DNA from: Bacteroidales bacterium
GTDB lineage: Bacteria; Bacteroidota; Bacteroidia; Bacteroidales; WCHB1-69
NCBI GenBank assembly: GCA_016285145.1
Contig: JAEEQE010000003.1
Location: 412-64,411 of the forward strand
DNA length: 64,000 nucleotides
Reading direction: 5' to 3'
The notes under the pieces are model-generated. The model did no database searches, was not told the origin of the DNA, and saw only the letters and a program-made list of their open reading frames with translations. Of this stretch, positions 60,502-64,000 are shown in pieces. Numbering within the stretch: the first letter of the stretch is position 1; each line of letters opens with the position of its first letter. Both the position numbers and the translations under genes were made by a program.

Positions 60502-62066
60502 TCAACCAACTTGCTGTTGATTTCGATCAATTGCGTGTGTACGGCTTCTAAATCAACGGGCGGTTCCTGTTGCGCGAGGGAGACATAGCGAGTGATATTG
60601 AGATTGTACCCGTTTTCTTCGATCTCCTTAAAGCTCACTTTCCGGCTCAGGCGCGGGGTTTCCGTACGGTGCTTGTAGGTCTCCACAATGGTGTTGATGT
60701 GCTCGGGGGTGAGAACATTCTGCTTTTTGCCTTTCTCAAAAAGCTCGGCAGCGTTGATGAAAAGGACATCGTCGTTTTGACGGCATTTTTTGAGTACGAT
60801 GATGCAGACGGGAATACCGGTGGAGAAGAAGAGGTTGGAAGGCAGACCGATAATGCAGTCAATATTGCTGTCTTTGAGCAACTTGGTGCGGATGCGCTCT
60901 TCCGCCCCGCCTCTGAAAAGCACGCCGTGAGGCAGGATGATGGCCATCGTGCCCGAGTCGCTGAGATAGTGGAAGCCGTGGAGCAGAAATGCGAAATCGG
61001 CGGCGGACTTGGGCGCAACGCCATAGTTGGCAAAACGCGGGTCTTGCGAGGTTTCATCCTTAGGGTCCCATCTGAGGGAGAAGGGCGGATTGGCCACCAC
61101 CGCGTCAAAGCGCAACTGCTTGGAGGGGTCTTCCTCCGTCAGGAGCGGCCAGTCGTTGGTGAGGGTGTCGCCGTGGAAGATCTGAAACTCGGAGTCCTTG
61201 ACCCCGTGCAACAGCATGTTCATACGGGCAAGGTTGTAGGTGGTGATGTTCTTCTCCTGTCCGTAGATGCGACCTATCTTGCCGCCGGATTCCTCCATCT
61301 GCTTCTTCACATTCAGCAACAAGGAACCCGAACCGCAGGCAAAGTCGAGCACGCTGTTGAGACTCTTCTTGGGACCGGTGGAAGGATCCTGACTGTCGAG
61401 GATGACGATGCGCGAGAGGATGCTGGAAATCTGTTGCGGCGTGTAGAATTCGCCCGCCTTCTGACCGGCATTGGCGGCAAACTGCCCTATGAGGTACTCG
61501 TAGGCATCGCCCAAAATGTCGTAGTCTTTGCTGAAGGTGACGAGATTCTCTTCCAACGTGGAGATGACTTTGCAGAGCATGGCATTCCGGGAGGTGTAAT
61601 CCTTGCCGAGCTTTTCGGAGGCGAGGTTGATCTCAGAGAACAGGCCTTGCAGCGAGCTCTCGAAAGATTCGTTCTCAATGTATTTGAACGCATCCTGAAG
61701 TGTGTCGAGGAGGTCCTGACTTTGCGTGCGGGCCAGTTCGTAGATGTTGTTCCACAGGTATTTGGGGTCGATGATGTAGTGCAGACTGCGCTGCATCTCG
61801 GCCTGGAAATCAGCGACATCAGCAGCGTTCTCGTCACACCAGGTCTTGAGCGGATTCTTGGTGTCCGGAAAATCACTGCCGAGAATCTTCCGGGCCTCTT
61901 TCTCATAGTTCTCTGAAAGGTAGCGCATAAAGAGCAGCGAGAGCATATAGTCGCGGAAGTTGTCGGCGGTCATGGCGCCACGGAGGGTGTCGGCCACATT
62001 CCAGAGTGCGGCAAAGAGTTTCTGTTTTTCCTGTGCGTTGAGACGGTTGGTATCGTTGTTTTCCAT
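60444..62066 (-). CDS. hsdM: Type I restriction-modification system DNA methyltransferase subunit
   Basis: HsdM N-terminal domain (...LWNVADTLRGAMTADNFRDYMLSLLFMRYLS...), the FACGSG AdoMet motif and catalytic NPPF (VVANPPFSLRW). The ATG at 62066 is preferred over the TTG at 62096. Confidence 0.9.
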   Translation of the reverse strand: MENNDTNRLNAQEKQKLFAALWNVADTLRGAMTADNFRDYMLSLLFMRYLSENYEKEARKILGSDFPDTKNPLKTWCDENAADVADFQAEMQRSLHYIIDPKYLWNNIYELARTQSQDLLDTLQDAFKYIENESFESSLQGLFSEINLASEKLGKDYTSRNAMLCKVISTLEENLVTFSKDYDILGDAYEYLIGQFAANAGQKAGEFYTPQQISSILSRIVILDSQDPSTGPKKSLNSVLDFACGSGSLLLNVKKQMEESGGKIGRIYGQEKNITTYNLARMNMLLHGVKDSEFQIFHGDTLTNDWPLLTEEDPSKQLRFDAVVANPPFSLRWDPKDETSQDPRFANYGVAPKSAADFAFLLHGFHYLSDSGTMAIILPHGVLFRGGAEERIRTKLLKDSNIDCIIGLPSNLFFSTGIPVCIIVLKKCRQNDDVLFINAAELFEKGKKQNVLTPEHINTIVETYKHRTETPRLSRKVSFKEIEENGYNLNITRYVSLAQQEPPVDLEAVHTQLIEINSKLVETKAKHNAFLKELGLEEVK

Positions 62067-62138
62067 ATTGTTTGTTTTTGTATTAGCAATGAGCAATTTT
62101 CAATTAGCAACTATTGTTTATTTATAATCGTCACCAAG

Positions 62139-63803
62139 TCAGTTTGTTTCTTTTTTATATTTCGGATTTGTAATATAAGTTTGTCCTGGAGTATGAGGAG
62201 TTTTTGTAGGTAGAAGAACACCATCGGCAACCATACACGTAATGAAGTGGTTACGTATATGAGGTACGGATTTATTTAACAAACGAGCTAATTCTTCAAC
62301 TGAATGTTCAACAATACAGGCTTCAATGATACATTCGCGCAAATGTTGCGATGACATTTTTCCCTTCACCCTTTCCGCAACCATAGAATCGACAATACGC
62401 TTGTTCTCAGCAAGAGGGTCAGTTGCATCATTTGCTGGAGAAGTTGCATCATTAGCCATGGGAGTTGCATCATTAGCCATGGGAGTTGCATCATTAGCCG
62501 CAGGAGTTGCATCATTAACACTATGAGTTGCATCATTAGCACGCCAGATAGTCGTAATAAACTCAGCACTCAGGTCAATATACGGCGCAAGCAAATGCGC
62601 TTCCTGCATCTTGCGGATATTCTCCGTAATACCCGTCCCGTATCTCTCAATATACCCTTCTTGAAACATCACTTCAGCGATAAGAGGATTATGCGGATAT
62701 GAGCCATGCTCTTTCATCAAATCGGCTTTGGTCAGTTCGACAGGCAAGGTGCCGGGGTTGCGTACCACTATTCGATTGCGCAACACGGCAATCTGCACAC
62801 TTCCGCCACTGTTGTAATCGCGGTGCACAACGGCATTGACAATGATTTCGAAGATAACCGAGCGTGGTATCTCCAGTTCAGATGCTGTTTGCACTTCCTC
62901 GTTCCGTTGTCCATAGCGGAGTGAAAGTTTCGACATCACCCAACTTGTGGCTTGGTTGATTTGGTCTGCTATGTCGCCCTCGAAAGTTTTGTAGTCCTCC
63001 ATGGGTTTGACCGCTTCTTCTCCCAAGAACCACGCACATTTGACCACGGCACTGGGAAAGAAATACTGCGGATCCTTGGCAAAGAGCAACAGTGCGCCAT
63101 TGCACGGGACTCCCCGACGCAACAAACGGAGATGTTGCAATACTGTCTCCGGTTCCTTGTCTTCCGACAGAGGAAAGCCGCGTTTCATACGTGCCTGATG
63201 AACGAAAGCGCGGACTTTCTGCGGGTCTATATCCGCCATCGACACATCATCGCGGGTCTGTTCGTCGAAACTCTGCTCTCGGATAATGCCCTTGTATTTC
63301 AGATATGCATAAAGAGATAGTTTGGCCAGCGACACCAATACGGACGGATTGGCGAATATCCGATACGACAGATCATGTTGCACCTGACGGAAGAACCTTT
63401 CCTCCCGTTCTTCGCGTTGCAACCCTGCCAAATCCTTGATGAGAGCTACACGATAGGCATTCCCTTCTCCCGCTGCATGGTATTCCTGTTCGGTCGGCGA
63501 CAACCCGCCCACCGGAGTATTGCCATACTGCTGTCCTACCAACAACAGGTACACTTGGCATCGAGCGGCTTCCTCCAGATATAATTGACGGGGATTGGTG
63601 TCTTGAGCAGCTATCTGCTCGAAAATGAACGGTTCGAAATAATGGTTGAGCAGCTCGTCATTCCTGACGAAGTCATAAAGGAGTTGACGTTCTTCCGCGA
63701 ACTCAGCCTGTACGCTACTTATGAACAATTTGAATTTGGACATATCGCTTCGTTTTAATTTGAAATTAGCAATTTGAAATTTATTCTTCTCCTCATTGCT
63801 CAT
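62139..63803 (-). CDS. Multidomain protein: DUF4062-like N-module, RecG-like wHTH / HATPase_c_4 core, (A)NDATxx heptad repeat, C-terminal wHTH
   Basis: KLFISSVQAEFAEERQ...VYLLLVGQQYG (DUF4062-like), ...NGALLLFAKDPQYFFPSAVVKCAWF... and ...NAVVHRDYNSGGSVQIAVLRNRIVVRNPGTLP...ERYGTGI (as in AlbA_2/HATPase_c_4 'ATP-binding' regulators). The alternative ATG at 63743 gives MSKFKLFISS. Confidence 0.6.
   Translation of the reverse strand: MSNEEKNKFQIANFKLKRSDMSKFKLFISSVQAEFAEERQLLYDFVRNDELLNHYFEPFIFEQIAAQDTNPRQLYLEEAARCQVYLLLVGQQYGNTPVGGLSPTEQEYHAAGEGNAYRVALIKDLAGLQREEREERFFRQVQHDLSYRIFANPSVLVSLAKLSLYAYLKYKGIIREQSFDEQTRDDVSMADIDPQKVRAFVHQARMKRGFPLSEDKEPETVLQHLRLLRRGVPCNGALLLFAKDPQYFFPSAVVKCAWFLGEEAVKPMEDYKTFEGDIADQINQATSWVMSKLSLRYGQRNEEVQTASELEIPRSVIFEIIVNAVVHRDYNSGGSVQIAVLRNRIVVRNPGTLPVELTKADLMKEHGSYPHNPLIAEVMFQEGYIERYGTGITENIRKMQEAHLLAPYIDLSAEFITTIWRANDATHSVNDATPAANDATPMANDATPMANDATSPANDATDPLAENKRIVDSMVAERVKGKMSSQHLRECIIEACIVEHSVEELARLLNKSVPHIRNHFITCMVADGVLLPTKTPHTPGQTYITNPKYKKETN
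62421..62541. repeat. 21-bp tandem repeat, 6 copies (core AGTTGCATCATT), in-frame inside the 554-aa ORF
   Basis: Core starts at 62421, 62442, 62463, 62484, 62505 and 62526. It encodes NDATHSV-NDATPAA-NDATPMA-NDATPMA-NDATSPA-NDATDPL. Confidence 0.95.
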
Positions 63804-64000
63804 TGCAAATTGGGAAACAGTTTCTGCATCAGCCCTTTCTTGTGCTCCTTGAGCGCCTCCACCTTCTCCTGCTGCGCGGCAATTCCCTCGTCCAATGACG
63901 AAAAACAGTCGGCGATTTTCTGCTGCTCGGGGAGAGAAGGAGCAATAATAGTTAATGTGAAAAAATCAGAAGTAGGGACATTTAAAAGTCCATGGTTTCT
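63800..64000 (-). CDS. hsdS: Type I R-M specificity subunit, C-terminal end (partial; continues beyond the window)
   Basis: Translation ...APSLPEQQKIADCFSSLDEGIAAQQEKVEALKEHKKGLMQKLFPNLQ* is the conserved HsdS C-terminal coiled-coil region. Its stop overlaps the ATG at 63803 (ATGA). Confidence 0.8.
   Translation of the reverse strand, partial: RNHGLLNVPTSDFFTLTIIAPSLPEQQKIADCFSSLDEGIAAQQEKVEALKEHKKGLMQKLFPNLQ

Noticed and set aside
63800-64000. hsdS lying upstream of hsdM as evidence for a second complete Type I system or an hsdS shufflon
   Set aside because: Only 66 codons of hsdS are visible, and no hsdR, second hsdS or recombinase lies inside the window. This cannot be judged from the available sequence.

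Overview
Bacteroidota (Bacteroidales-type) chromosomal segment. The phylum call rests on TAnnTTTG -7 promoter boxes in front of most transcription units, three proteins with T9SS C-terminal sorting domains, a membrane methylmalonyl-CoA decarboxylase operon and an ExbB/ExbD/TonB set. About 55 kb (3-57.7 kb) is ordinary housekeeping DNA: fba, uvrA, cdsA, ftsH, rsfS, fumC, lpdA, ftsK, folC, gdhA, mmdA-D-C-B, tex, gltX, mutL, tRNA-Leu and tRNA-Ser. The unusual material sits at the two ends and in a few intergenic spots. (1) Left end: an rRNA operon (16S 3' end, tRNA-Ile, tRNA-Ala) whose 23S stops after about 0.7 kb exactly at a 36-bp promoter-like sequence. That sequence recurs 220 bp later, exactly where a C-terminally truncated M13 peptidase gene ends. 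(2) Right end: tRNA-Ser followed by a 21-bp duplicate of its own 3' end, then rmuC, then a Type I R-M locus in the order hsdS, 554-aa ORF, hsdM. The 554-aa ORF appears to combine a DUF4062-like N-terminal module, a RecG-like/HATPase_c_4 core, a 6x heptapeptide tandem repeat and a C-terminal wHTH, and it is bracketed by a 16-bp inverted repeat. This is my best candidate for an undescribed defence-associated component. (3) A GxxExxY (PD-(D/E)XK-like) gene sits in a 547-bp unit bounded by a 24/25 inverted repeat. (4) Three CCCC-N4-GGGG hairpins lie between the gdhA and yitT promoters. (5) A dispersed CTCTAAACT / 7-bp-periodic repeat family occurs in three intergenic regions. All domain calls come from recognising motifs in the translations; no searches were run.
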